Shown: in pieces, positions 26,101 through 39,800 of the stretch
Position numbering within the stretch: the stretch's first letter is position 1
Layout: each line of letters opens with the position of its first letter
Source: Lepidodermella squamata
Taxonomy: Eukaryota; Animalia; Gastrotricha
DNA length: 64,000 nucleotides
Reading direction: 5' to 3'
Assembly (NCBI GenBank): GCA_047495785.1
Contig: JBLDXI010000024.1
Coordinates: 3,038,001-3,102,000, forward strand
Made by a program: the position numbers and the translations under genes
Notes under the pieces: generated by a model
Seen by the model: only the letters and a program-made list of their open reading frames with translations
What the model was told of the DNA's origin: nothing
Database searches by the model: none

Positions 26101-26897
26101 TTGATGATAACGGTGGTAACGCCTTTGAGATCAGCTTTGATTAGTCTATAGAAGTTAGCTACGGCATCACTGCGGACGACGAAGTATCACACAAGGATGA
26201 GAGAACATCAAGGATAAAGAAGGAAGGCAACGTGTCTTCCGCATCAGCAACATCTATGCCAGTAAATTCGACATGTTTCCCCCCAGCTTTCCGTTTATTT
26301 ACATGATACCACTGCCCTTTTCATCGTGTAACAGCCAGTTGCATTGCATTTCGCCCAGAAAAGCGTGCGTTTCTCTGATCCGCGGACTGAAACTTGAGCG
26401 ACAAGTTATCAAGGCCGCTTGTTATATCATTAGACTCCTCAAGACAGCAGAAAACTACGTTGCACCGCCGTCTTCTTGATTCCAGCGGTGGATTTCAACG
26501 GCAAGGAACCGCAATTTAAGGCTCTTTTTACCGATTTTGGGTATACCACATTGCGAAAACTGATACCGAATAAGAAAAAACGGCGCGGCTAAAACATTAA
26601 GCTCGCTTAACTGACTTGAATGATGCGCGGCAAGGAGCCGCGCGCTTGCCGGTTACCTTAGGAACCAGGCGCGAAAACCCTGATTTCAGGCGTTTTAACC
26701 GCTAAAATTTAAAAACCGACGCGTCGACGTGGCAACGCGCGCTAAAATTCAAGGGCATCGCGCAATTGAAAATAAAATTAAAAATAATTATTAAAAGTGA
26801 TAAAAAATTATTTTAGTAAAATTATTTTTGTAAAATAGCCGGCAAATTTATTTTTCGCGACTACGGCAGGATGTTCGGTTTTAAAAAGAACACCCTG
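23131..26897. mobile_element. 3.77-kb non-autonomous Tc1/mariner-like element
   Basis: 29-bp perfect TIR: TA|CAGGGTGTTCTTTTTAAAACCGAACATCC ... GGATGTTCGGTTTTAAAAAGAACACCCTG|TA; no transposase ORF. Confidence 0.85.
23766..24870. repeat. Three degenerate ~370-bp tandem units inside the Tc1-like element
   Basis: Units start CTCAT(T/G)GTTTTCT(T/G)GTA at 23766, 24136 and 24508 and share TTAGTTACC and GTGTTGCC. Confidence 0.8.
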
Positions 26898-27524
26898 TAA
26901 AACTAACCTTTTGCACCTCCGCCAAACCATCCCGCGGCCTGATCACTATTGAACGCCAGTTTGCTGTGATTTGTGTTGTGTTTCTCAATTTTAAGGAGAA
27001 GGACAATACAAAAAAGATTTTCGATGTTCGATTTTAAGGCAACAGAATATTTAAAACAGATGCTGAAGTGTTCGAAATTGTTACTTGCTGGCCAGGACGT
27101 TGACAATAATCGAAAATAGTTGATTCAATCACTAAATAAAAAGTGCTACTCATATGGAAAATTTATGGACTCGAAATACGGCTCGAATTTATAAAGGAAC
27201 AGCGTTTTTCGAAATCTGTTGGAAATCAAATAGGAAAGGTTAAGGTAAAATTTTCGCAGACAAAAATCATTGGCTTTATTTATCTATAGCTGAATTTCTC
27301 AATTTCGAATGTTTCGCATCGATTATTTTCATCATTGCGTTGCGATTTGTTGAACGCAGAGCGGCCCTTTATTGATTCCGCTTACGATTCCGCTTACGGA
27401 CATTATCAAAAGGAAGCCGTTAAAACCAGTTTCAAAAATCAGTGTTGAAATCAGTATTCAGCGTTTTCATATTTTTCACGCCCAGCTGTTTTAGAGCACA
27501 AAAATCACGCACTCCGCCTGTATA

Positions 27525-27910
27525 AGTCCTGGCGGATAGGACGATTTCGGCCGGTTTGATTGAATTCCAATAGCGTCGTCATTTTTAATTTCCAACTCGA
27601 AAAAATTAACACAGAGGTCAATGAGACTATGGCGGACACCGTTGTATTTTTTGTTGGATCAAAAAATGATCAGAAACCTATGAAATTCCAAGTTGAAATA
27701 AATCGAAATTTCAATCTCAGGTTGACTATTTTCAAATTGCTAGTATGTCCTGACCATGCAAGATAACGGTGTCCTGGTTTCAAAACCTTGTAGCCAACAT
27801 CAAAAAGCAATATTCCTCAAAAGGGCGATCAAAAATTCAACGAATACAATTTTCTGTGAATTTTCAAAGTCGAAATTCCGAAATCGTCCTTCCCGCCGTG
27901 AAAGGGTTAA
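27525..27910. mobile_element. Possible decayed piggyBac-like MITE
   Basis: Right end ...CCGAAATCGTCCTTCCCGCC..AAAGGG|TTAA is inverted relative to GGCGGATAGGACGATTTCGG at ~27531; the left TTAA end is missing. Confidence 0.35.
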
Positions 27911-28187
27911 GAGCCAAAGAGCAATCTAAATGAGGAATGAACGACCGTCCATACTGCATATTCATCATCCCAATGGCAGCTTGTTAATTAATTCGATACA
28001 CCAGAGAAAAATGCGAGCCAGGGGCCGGCTTAGCACTACGGAAACTCATTGTTCATGTGCGCGAAAAAAAGGAACACAGTTTTTGAAAAATGTCCGAATC
28101 TAGTAGTGTAATTAACGATCATTGTTCTTTGATTGGGTTTCACTTCCTTCCCTTGTTATATCATAATATGACATAATAGGATTATGT

Positions 28188-28387
28188 CATATCGCGCCTT
28201 CCGCGCCAGAACAGTGTGCGGAAATAGAAACAAATGGCGTAAAACTAACTTTTTGCATCTTCGCCAAGTCAGTCGCGTGCCTGATCGCTGGAAAAAAGTT
28301 GAACGCCAGTTTTTTCTGCGCATCAAATGCATTACGCCATTTGTTTCTATTTCCGGCACACTGTTCTGGCGCGGAAGGCGCGATATG
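28188..28387. mobile_element. 200-bp MITE with ~55-bp TIR and 9-bp TSD (Mutator-like)
   Basis: CATATCGCGCCTTCCGCGCCAGAACAGTGTG... and its reverse complement; flanks GGATTATGT / GGATCATGT. Confidence 0.75.
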
Positions 28388-28480
28388 GGATCATGTCTCG
28401 GGCCCCAACATCAGTATAGACTGACTACTCACGAGAAAAGGGGTGTAACGCCATGGGCGCCATGGGAATTAAACCGTGAA

Positions 28481-28896
28481 AGCTGATTCGGAGAGAATTA
28501 AATTGATCGACATTTTCAGGAAAGTAAATTCTTCATACCAAGAACTACCGTTTGATACTTGGAGCGAACTTGGATAAATTTTTCCTGATTTTCTGTGATT
28601 TTCGAAATCCTTCAACAATGATATTGGTATTGATTTTTGAGAGTGACCCTGAGATCTGAACGTTTTCTAACTGCGCCATGTGCGTGCGTCACACGAGCTT
28701 CGAGCAAAGGTTCAGGATTGAATCCTGCAACCATTCGGTGGTTTTACTTTGTTTTTTCCAGACGGAATTCTTGAAAATTCTTAGAAAATCAGGCAAAAAT
28801 CATCCAAGTTCGCTTCAAGTATCAAAAGGTAGCTCTTGATGTGACGAATCTACCTTCCTGAAAAAGTCCTTCGATTTAACTTTTTTCGAAGCAGTT
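28481..28896. repeat. Degenerate palindromic (foldback) element
   Basis: TTTGATACTTGGAGCGAACTTGGAT (~28551) is inverted as ATCCAAGTTCGCTTCAAGTATCAAA (~28802); arms about 130 bp. Confidence 0.6.
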
Positions 28897-30038
28897 GTCA
28901 TGATTTATTTCTGAATACGAAAACTGCTATCCTAATTTTTTGACCAGTTCTTTCCATTATTAAAATTATAGAAAAATTATCACCGTGTTCCTGTCGATAA
29001 GACCTATCCGATGACACTTGGTTCTTTGTAATCTGACCATTTAGAGCTGAGATATCGAGTGTTGAAATTTTGAATTTTTCGATGTTTGGCCTCCAAGAAA
29101 TTGATGAATCAGCAGGCCATCTGGCATACTGATATTATGTATATGTCCTATGTTCATCGAATTTCATCCTACAGTGACAATCAAAAGATCCGCACGGTGG
29201 AATTGAGGCGACACTAGTTGAAATGTTTCGCACGTGCGAAATAAGACTGTTTATCTCCTGCAAAACGGAACACAATGACGTCTTTCTCACGAGCTCCAAA
29301 AATAGCTCCATGGAAGGGGGGATAGTTTCAAGAATATGAATATATTCATGAGGTGTCATGAAACTAGGACATTCTCAATTAAGTGCCAAAAATGCAACAA
29401 AATTTGAGCAGTTGGAATAAGGTGTCGACAGATCAAAAATAGTTTTTTCGGAATTTTTCTGACATAATTATCTACTTTGAGGACTTCGGAATATTAATTA
29501 GCACCTTATGAATATTCATATTTTTACAACTATTAAAACTTCTTGGTCTGTCCGAGTTACACTTTTTATTTTTAGCTGATTTTAACCCGAGCTTGGAGCT
29601 AAAAATAGTTCGGGTGCGTGCAAGATGTTTTTAGTTTTAACTCAACAAATTCCTGACCGTGCGTAACTTCTGATTTTCACTGTATATTCATCCTCCGTTA
29701 TATCTATTCCTCTCTATTTCTCCAAGATTTTCATGCAATCATGATTTCATGCATGATTACAATTCGTGCTCGTGCTCGTCCTTATTGATGCGCCTATGCA
29801 AATCAAATAACATTGCCCAGCTATTTAAAGCAATTTTTTTCAAATAGAGATACAAATTCAGTGGAATCACAACCTAATAAAACATTCGATCAAACCAATC
29901 AATCGATAAAATAATAGGCATTTTCCAAATCATTAATAGATTGTATACAAAATATAAAGACATGTCTGGTGAAGCGCGGTAATACTACGGTAATCAGAAG
30001 ATAATTTAAACGGCAATTTTTCAGCTGATTCTTTCAAC

Positions 30039-30240
30039 GGGGGGCGGGGGGGGGGGGGCGGTTTGCAAGAGTAGCAGTAAGCAGTAATAGAAATACTGTC
30101 ATTTGATGGTGATATATCAGAAGAAACACTATTAGAATGAAGTCAAGATTTGAATGACCCCAGCACCCCTGTACTTGGCACCCTGACAGAAAAAGATGTA
30201 TGGGAATCACCCCCCTCCCCCCCCCCCCCCCCCCCCCTCC
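30039..30240. repeat. Poly-G and poly-C tracts around a hAT-like MITE end
   Basis: G-run 30039-30061 and C-run ~30210-30240; CAGCACCCCTGTACTTGGCACCCTG at ~30161-30185. Confidence 0.6.
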
Positions 30241-30530
30241 ACCCTAAAAACAAATATTTCTGAAAGTGCTGGAGGTTGCCCATGAATCTCGAACTTTTAT
30301 TGCATTTGAGCCCATTGTTGACTTGAAAATGTCCAAAAGGCGCTAGCTGAAGCTCGCTTCGCTCGCAAGCCGACTTTTATGAGTAGTTGTTGAATGCTTT
30401 CTCGATATGTCTAGGCTGTCAAATGTCGAAGGTCATATTGTCGAAATGTCTGCTCATTTCTCACATGATTCTTTTTTTACCTAGGTGTGAAAACACCACA
30501 TTACGGTTTTCGGCGGCAAATCCTTTAAGA

Positions 30531-30550
30531 TTATCGAGTGTTTGTTCACA
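30531..30550 (+). promoter_or_regulatory. Conserved GATA + forkhead-like upstream element (lectin copy 2)
   Basis: TTATCGAGTGTTTGTTCACA identical to 3930-3949, 328 bp upstream of ATG 30859. Confidence 0.6.
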
Positions 30551-30858
30551 ACCTGTAAGAAAGCGTTAATTTTCATATTCTATTCTAACTGCTCGAAAGC
30601 ATCGTTTCCAGGCGATTTCAGCCGGCATGAGCAACAATTTAGCTATTTACCATCGACGTCTTTGCTCCTACACATCGTTTAGGCATAAATTGATCTAATG
30701 AGCATTCAGTATTTCCAGGATGTGCGAGACAGTTGATAAATTAATTAAACAAGACACTTCAAGCCTGAGTTTTGCACAGACAATTTAATTTTACTTCGAC
30801 TTTCTAGTGCAACGAATATTTTTTGGACATTATTGTTTTGCAGGTGGAGCGAACATTG

Positions 30859-33800
30859 ATGAAGGTTAATTTAAAGACCGTTCAACTTGTTTGTGCCTGT
30901 CTCGCTCTGCTGCTTGGTAAAAATGGCATATCACTCAACGAATGACGTAAAATTCCCCTCTTGGTTGCAACTTTCAGAGTCAATCAGCGGCCACCCTCCC
31001 ACTCCCGGAACCAGCCCTAGCCCTGGAGATTGTAGAAATGGTGCAGGACATCCAGATAGCTGCAATCATGGAGGCACTTGCGGTAGCGATAAGAGGTGCG
31101 ATTGCGCAGCTGGATTCACAGGGACATACTGCGATGATGTAATTGGTGAGCCAGTTTTCTGAAAGAAACGCGCACACGTGTGTCAAAATCATGATTCCAT
31201 TTACCTTGAAGCTTGTTCACTAACGTGCTTGAACGGCGGAACTTGCACCATTGTTAACGCAGTTAGCGCTTGCCAATGCAACTCAGGTTGGACGGGGACA
31301 ACTTGCGATACAAGTGAGTATATTCAATTTTCACAATGGATATATGCATTATATTATTTGTCAATATAACTCAAGTTTCTTAAAACTAAAATTGAAAGGT
31401 TTTACGCACAGTGTAACTTTCCATTGGTGCTCATGATCACCTCGCGAAATTTAGAGTGCGCGTAAAAAGTTTTATTTAACTTTTCTCGCGCGAGAACACC
31501 GTATTTATTTGATAGAGGGCATCAGGATTTATTAACGGTTTACAGCCATTTCACACCAAATTACACATACATTTTCTGAATTTCTACAGATGACATCAAA
31601 TTTCCATCAAAGAAGGAAATCCCTAACTCCTTCATTTTCAACTAGTTTTCTGAATGTCTCTCCTTTTCCCAAACTAATATTTCTATGCTAAAACATGGGT
31701 TTTTTAGGTTATAAATCTCATACAGTAAAACCTGTCATCTCGAAGGCTCACGGTGCCATTCGACCCATTCGACTTCTAGAGAGATTCGAGATAGAGGGAG
31801 ACAGTAGTGTGCGAAGTGGGTACGAGGTAGGATCCGGGAATTGAGGTGTTTTCTCGGTTACTTCGGCAACCAGCCAAAGGGTCCCCCTTGGTTGTTTCAG
31901 CCTTCTTCTGGTTGGAGTCCCGGAGCTGGGGTGTTGCAGCACCCCTGCACCCCTGTACTTCGCACCATGGGAGACAGACATAACTCACAGGAAGTCAGCC
32001 CTGTGTCTATTTTAAAGCTTTTATTTCATCAACCCAATATTTTAGAGCACGAAAAGCAACATTTTATTGAATATTATCGCTATATAAGTCGCGAGCCACG
32101 TTTTTGGCCTTAAATGTGCTAAGACAGGCCGCGTGATCTGAAATAAAGTGTTTAAGCAGGATTACGCAATGAAGGGTTGTCGATTACGAGCGGCTTCAGC
32201 TTCTCACCGAGCTCTCTTACATGCTCTTTAGCCACTTTGCGCCTCGCAATGCGCGCGCGTCATCGCTCAACACTAAAAATGAGCTTCGAAGACTCGACTT
32301 CGAAGATTCAAATAATGCACCATATGGCTACGGTTCCTTTCCCGTCCTTCGACTTTCGAGATGGAAAGAGTGAATTATATGCGCTACATGCTGAAAATCC
32401 CACGGTTCCTCGGCAATACGGCGGTCGAGATACACGGGGTTCGAGATAACAGATAACAGGTTTTACTGTATTCGTCAATCGTGTTTGAATCAATTTTGAT
32501 TTATTCCATTGTCCCTTAGAATATTCGTATTCGTATTCGTAGACAGAGCATAACTATTTCCTTTACCTTTGAGTTATCTTTGAAACACCTGGAATTAGAG
32601 ATCTCTCAAATCTTAAAACTCAGGTTTTCGCCTTACAACTGTCAGATAAAATTTTACACTTTCTTGATTCTCTATTGAATGCATTTGCAGTTATTTGCTC
32701 GCCAAGCTGTCAAAACGGAGGGTCGTGTACATCTCAAGGCGTTTGTCAGTGCGCCAGCGGATACAATGGTACAACCTGCCAATCTCGTAAGCTAAAAGCC
32801 TTGTGACTTCTTAAAAAGCTCGAACTCGAGTGAAATTTTAGCCATTTGCTCGACTGCCTGCGGTAACGGTGGAACATGCATTTCGCCGAACACCTGTAGA
32901 TGCGCATCCGGGTGGACAGGACCAACTTGCGCTACTCGTTTGCTGAACAATTGATTGACTTTCGAAGTTTCTTATAATTTTGACTCTTTTATAGCGGTGT
33001 GCTCTCCAACCTGCAAGAACAATGGCAACTGCACGGCCCCAAACGTTTGCCAATGTGCAACTGGTTACATTGGCATAGATTGCAGCACAGGTTCAAAGAT
33101 CCAGTGTCATTGGTTTTCCATTTTCATGCTATGCATTCCACAGCTGTTTGCGACCCTACATGTAAAAACAACGGAAATTGCTCTTCACCCAATGTCTGCA
33201 CTTGCACAGCCAAGTGGTCAGATTCAACGTGTTCAACACGTAAGGCTTATCAGATTTGAAAAGGAATCTATCAGATTACCCTTCCACTCAGCAATTTGCA
33301 CTAATCCTTGTCAAAATGGCGGGACGTGTTCAAATCCTGATGTTTGCACTTGTGTGGCTGGCTGGACTGGACCCACATGCGCTAAACGTAAGACATTTGT
33401 TGACGGCTCGTTATTTCTCGAACCAAGAATTTGGTTGTCACAGCAATTTGCAGCTCGCCATGCGTGAACGGCGGAACGTGCTTTGCGCCTGATCAATGCA
33501 AGTGCCCGTCGATATGGGGCGGTCCAACATGCGCCGATCCGGCTTGCCCTGCGCGAAACAACTGTTCGGGGCACGGCACCTGTGTGGCGGTCAATAATTG
33601 CACGTGTGACTTTTTGTGGAAGGGCAACAATTGCGATCAATGTGAGCTGTCTAATGTATTAAATGCATTTATTTATTCTCAGCTTTGCTTCGCAAGGGTA
33701 CTGTCAAGACGGTTGGTGTCAAAACAATGGCAATTGCTCGGGCCCGAAGTGAGTCTTTATTTGACACACTTGGGTGCTAATTCTTTGCGCAAAAGGAAAG

Positions 33801-36800
33801 GCCATACCAATTGTTTAAACAAAAATTGTCCAAAGGTGCGAACGTTTCAGGTGTGAGCACGCTTGCAACGTGCCTTGAGTTGAAGATTTAAGAACCGGCC
33901 TCATTTAGACATTTCGAAAGTGGACAATAATTCAGCACACGTCACTAATAACAAATGGTCAACAAGTCGGGAAAATATCAATAGTTTTTGAGAAGGGCCA
34001 TAATATGGCCCAGCCAGCTCTTCACCAGAAACAGCTGGATAAGTACTTTCAAGCCTCAAGCCGTCAGTTTTAATCCAGAATAATATTTATTGCAAAAAAA
34101 TCATGTTTCCCGAAAAAAACCCATTTAATTTGCTTGGGGCATCGCAAATAGAAAAAGACACCTGTAATAAGAATCGATTTGAATAAGAAAATTGATTGGA
34201 TACCGATTTGAAGGCAAAGCCTACTGGCATCAATGACTAATTTCGCGCCCTACCTTCCGAGACATTTAAAGGCGCCTGATTCGAAAAGGGTAGCGGGATT
34301 CATACTCTCGGAGCTTCGGCAGCGAGGAATTGATGAAATGAAGCTAAAATCAATCAATTTTGCCATTTCCATTTTTTTCTGCTAGCTGCTAGTATTACTC
34401 ACGACCGCGCTGCCCTTGCATCAGCCATATAGCATCAGCCAGGGTATAGCATGTAGATAGCTAGTCGAGTCCTATATAGCGAGGTTCCATTTCCGACAGT
34501 CGCTGCGGAAACAATCGAACTGAACGAGCGATATCCACTCCGAACTTTCAGGCCGGCGGTTGACAAATTTCCCCTAAATTAAATTGTTACCGCTTCTTGG
34601 GTAATCGCCTCGAATGCTGCGGACATCTGGTCTTGGTTACAGCTTACAGAATGCATACCTCGGTATAGGTTCCAGTTTACGCTCAAGGCCTATACAAGTA
34701 TAGAAGAGCGCGTCAATATGTTCCGACAGGAATTTGTTACCCTTTATTATTATTTAAGCTTTCAGTTCGGCGGGAAATCATCATATTTTATCGTTTCACT
34801 CATTGTGGGTTGAAGTCACAAGTCATTTTGGGATATACTGCAAAAAAAGCTATACTTGCCCATGTCGAGAAAATTAGGCAACAAAGTACTCGATATCAAC
34901 CTTAATAGGCAGATCTTAATCTAATGAAAAATTCGCATGCTGTAAAAGAATCTTCTGCGTCGCACTAAGTCTATGTTGCAATTTCAGCCAATGTGAGTGC
35001 GTTTGGAAGAATTGGCGTGGGCAGCGATGTGATCAGCGTGAGTTTTCTTCAGGGCGAGCTTTACTCGATTTCAAGTCATTTATGTTTCAGCTGTTTGCAC
35101 ACCAGAGTGCTCGAATGGTAAGACTGTAGCAACTAACCACTAGGCATTCGATTGCCGTATTGCCTTTTAAAGGAGGGCGATGTCTCAGAGCAGGAGGCAA
35201 CCAGTAGGTCTATGAAATTGTGCGAGAATAGAAGTATAAAGCCAAATCTCACAGGTGCCATTGCCCGACTGGATGGACGGGGAACGATTGCACAATTCGT
35301 ATGAAGAACATTTACGTTGTGTTCAGCATTTCATCGCATTTCTTTCCATGAAGCTGACGCTGCTTCATGGGCAGGCCATCAAACTTTCACGAGCCAGAAT
35401 GCCAAGACTTGGACCCAGGATGACGTATACAAGAAGTTCACGCTTGACCCAAGTGCTTATCCACCTGGTTACTCGTCGGCCCGTGAGCATTGTGATAAGA
35501 GATCCCGAATACATTGTAAAATGCTATTTTTTCCAAAAGCTACAAGTGTTGAGAACTGCTGTCCTTGTGGGACTTTCCTACTCGATAATAACTGCTACTT
35601 TGTGGTGAATGGCCATACGTCGTGGAATTTCGGTGAAACTATGACTCAGCCTCATTATACCTACGCAACTTGCAGCCACGCTGGAGGGGTACCTGCCACC
35701 TTCGAAACCGGCGATGCCCAGTCGAAAATGGCTAGTTTGGTAAAATGGCTCGCCACTGAGCAAAATGTACAACTCGGGGACAAACCAGTTGATCTCGCAA
35801 CTAAGGTGGTTGATTACTACGACGATTCATTTTATGACCTCTGCTTGCTTATTGGCGGTTTCCGAGATCACGCCACGAATAAGTGGTACTGGCAGACGTA
35901 TCCGCCGGTCGAGATTGACAGCTCGCTCTGGGTGAAAAACGAGCCACAGGGATACGAATTTCTTTGCATGATACCACACAAAAAACGACCAATGCTCCGA
36001 AGTTATTACTACTGGTGGGGCGAACAGCCGCTAGTCTGCATGATTCGTAATCCTTGCTCATCGTTGGCAGTTTGTAAGCCTGGCGTCACTAAGGATAAGC
36101 TGGAAAATGTTCGAATGTGGGACAGATGCTACACGACGGGTGTCTCGCCTGGGGAGGATTGGGGCAATAGCTACGTCAACCGTCTGAAAGCTGAGCAGAT
36201 ATGTCAAAGTCGTGACGGTTTTCTCGCGACTATACGACAGCAGTTTGAACCCTTCTACTGGGCTTGGGCTTTGGACGTAGTGTTGTATGACGATCAAACC
36301 ACATTCGGATTCCCGTACCGCTTATGGAACTTCCAAGCTTGGATAGGGTACAACCACTTAAATTGTGAGTTTTCGTATAATGGTTCTGAACTAATTTTCA
36401 GTACTTATTTCTTAGCTGATTACTACTGGGATTCAGCGAACAAGAACTTGGCTAGCCCATATCATGCAAACTGGAGGCTTGGATCCGGCAAAGAGCCGAA
36501 CGATCAAGATGCAAGTTTTTGTTCCGCAGCTCAATTCGATGGGTGGATCGATGAAATCTGCAGTTTGAATACCCATGTAAGCAGTCACTTAGTGCCCCAC
36601 GCAATAAAAAATTGTTGCCTCTCAGAGAATCGCTTGTGAGAGTGACTTGGCAAAACCAGTAGTGACCGCGACTGATTCATCTGCTAGTCAATGCGCAGCG
36701 GCGTGTCCTGTTACTCGTTAGTATACAGAACTCCTCAGCTTTTGAACTGATACCATTTATTTTACCCGTGAAGCATCTTGCCCGGACAACTATGTCTACA

Positions 36801-39800
36801 ACTCCTGCTTCGACTCATGTTATAAAGTGATCAAGTGAGCTCTAAACTTCTTGGATCATCATCGGAACACCATTCTATATTTTTCAGCGATAACTCAAAA
36901 TCCTATTTTGAGTCGTTATCCAATTGTGTAAGTGCTCAGCAGGTATTCCCGGATCGCGTTGATTTGATTTTGCGTAGGTTGATGATGGGGCTACTTTTGC
37001 GAACATAAATTCCAGCGCGGAATTCAACTTCTTGACTGGCTTAATGGATAAGAAGAAAGACTGGTTTATTGGCTTAGGCGATTGGTATCGAAGATCTAAG
37101 GGAAACTTAGGTGTTGGCATAACTTCTTACGTTGGAGATTCCGATGGAACATGGACCTGGCAGGATGATACAATTGCTGACTCGATAAGTTATGACACTC
37201 TTGGTGGGACATTCGCACGGGCACCAGACCCTTACAAATTCTTGATCTTCGAAAAGCAACCCGCCCCAGCTTCTGATTCAGCTAGCGCACCCTACTTATC
37301 ATATCTCCGTTGGGATTCAACAAATTCCAGGTGGTTCCTGCCCATTGGCGATAAGAACAAATTCGATTATAAGGCGGCTTACATTTGCGAGTACAACTCA
37401 GCTTGCTCGATGTGCCCGAGGTCCTGGACGAAATTTGGAACCTACTGCTTCCGATCGCTATTCGACGATGGCACCGGAACATTCGCCGATAAGAAGATTT
37501 CATGCAGCAATCAAGATCCAGCTGCTTATATTTGGGCGCCTAACACAGATATGCTCATCCTGTATGCTCGCGTCCACCTTCAGCAGAGCAATAACTACGG
37601 GAGTGGTAAGCAATTTTGGATCGGTCTCGAAAAGCAGGCGGATTCCAGTTGGGCATGGACGGATGGAACAGCTGTTGCAGCTAGCCAGGCTTTTGATATT
37701 GCTCGAGGTGTAACGCTAACAAGTAGCAACGTTGCCTTTTCGGTTGATACCGTAAATACGGCAAATAATTTGCAAAAAATCACCGATCAGAACAACACAC
37801 AGTGGAAACCGGCTGCTTCTTCAGCGGCAGTAGCTTCGGTGATATGCCAGATGCCGGCTACTTATGGCTACAATCTCACTTGTCAACCTGCTTGCCCAAC
37901 CAAAGGTAATATACAGTCAGTTCTCGCCATAGTACACTTTCACGGGGGAACCAGAAAAAGGTGTACCGAAGACACCCTTGTGAGTCGAAAATAGCTTGTC
38001 AGCTCATAATTGGGACCGGCCAAAACCTGTACTATGACAAATAAGTGTACTATAACGGAGTGTACTATGGCGAGGAGTGACTGTAATCAAAGTCTTCCCG
38101 ATGAAGCGTGTGGGTAGTTACCTCCAAGACTTTTTACCGTCTTTCAAGTCTTTTCCGAGATATAAGCTCTCGCTACCGTTAAGTCCCTGCCCTATTAATA
38201 AAGGATTTGGGTAACATGGTTCCGCGAAATTCGAATGATTTCATTCGCATACCTACCTCATAAAGATTTTTACAGTAACAAACCCTGACTAAAATGACAA
38301 CAATTCCAGTATAAGATTCGTGCGATACAACCTATCTCCTATCCTATCCCGAACTATCCGCAACAACAGTGGCTTCGCAAAGAAAATTATCGTGCTAATT
38401 AGGTTGGTTAAGTTGTTGGAAGGTTGAACATTAATCGTTTGAATCTAATAAGAGCAGTGGCGTAACTAGGTCTTCCAATCTGGAAGGGGAGGGGGGGCAG
38501 CCTTGGGGCCAGCCATAGAGAAAAAAATGACCAGGGGTGTGTTTTTTTAAGTCCGGTCTGAAAGAAGTTCAGTTGGTTCGACTGTTTTTTGAACGGTCTA
38601 AAAGCGTCATGTGCTGCACGTGCCGTGAAATGGGTGAACACCAAGAAGACCGTGTTGCCACAATATCAAGTGAAACGGGGTGGCTAATTAAAATAAATTC
38701 ATCTCAGAAATGACCAAAAATTACCACAACTTCATTCAAAGGAGCATGGAGGATGATGGGAGGATGAGGCCGTGTGAACACCGTTCACTTCTAGAACTTT
38801 TCGGCATATTTTTAGGGGTTTTGCAGTTGAATTTTACTCAGATTCCAATTTAACTAGCCACCCCGTTTCACTTGATATTGTGGCAACACGGTCTTCTTGG
38901 TGTTCACCCTTTTCACAGCACGTGCAGCACATGACGCTTTTAGACCGTTCAAAAAAGAGTCGAACCAACTGAACTTCTTTCAGACCGGACTTAAAAAACA
39001 CACCCCAGAGTAAGCACTCAAGCTAATATTTCAAAATCTTCATTTTTATTCAAGTTGAATTTCTCAAAACGGATATCTCCGTTTTTCACCAAAATTTGCA
39101 TGCCTATAGAACGCGAGCTGTTCTTTCACGTGGTATATGATTTGAGGTGGGCAACCCAACCGTTGCTATGATACAAAAGCCTCTTTTTCACTACGGTTTC
39201 ATTTATTTTGATGAGATCAAGACTGAGCAGCAATTGCCCACCTCACATCTTATACCACGTGAAAGAGCAGCTCGCGTTCTATAGGCATGCACATTTTGGT
39301 GAAAAACGGAGATATCCGTTTTAAGAAGCACTCGATTTAATAATGCAGATCAAATTGCAGCTTGTGAGTGCTTACTCTGATCACTTTTTTCTCTATGGGG
39401 CCAGCACAGCTTTGCCACGTATTTGCAGCCCCGAATTTTTCAGACCAAGGGTTCTCCCTGTGGTACCTCGAGCAGATTTTTCCAGTTGGTGGAGCCGGTG
39501 CCCCCCTGCCCTCCTTAGTTACGCCTCTGAATAAGAGAAAATGAACTTTCCTCAAATGGTGGTTAAATTTTTTATGTTAAGAATGTACCTCAATTAATAA
39601 AATGTTGAAAGTACTTGAGCGAAATTTTCAATTTAGTTCAATGTCCGGACAACTCTTGGTCCTACAGCTCCTGTATGGATTCGTGTTACAAAGCATCCAC
39701 GTGAGCTAACAATATTCAGTTCATCCTCAACAAATACTTCCTTTGCAGATGGTATGACGACTACTTCTCAGCAATGAAACAATGCGTAATTTTAAATAGC

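Larger units (their letters stand above)
38455..39529. mobile_element. hAT-like MITE (outer shell of nested insertion)
   Basis: 8-bp TSD AATAAGAG on both sides; TIR CAGTGGCGTAACTAGG / CTTAGTTACGCCTCTG. Confidence 0.85.
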
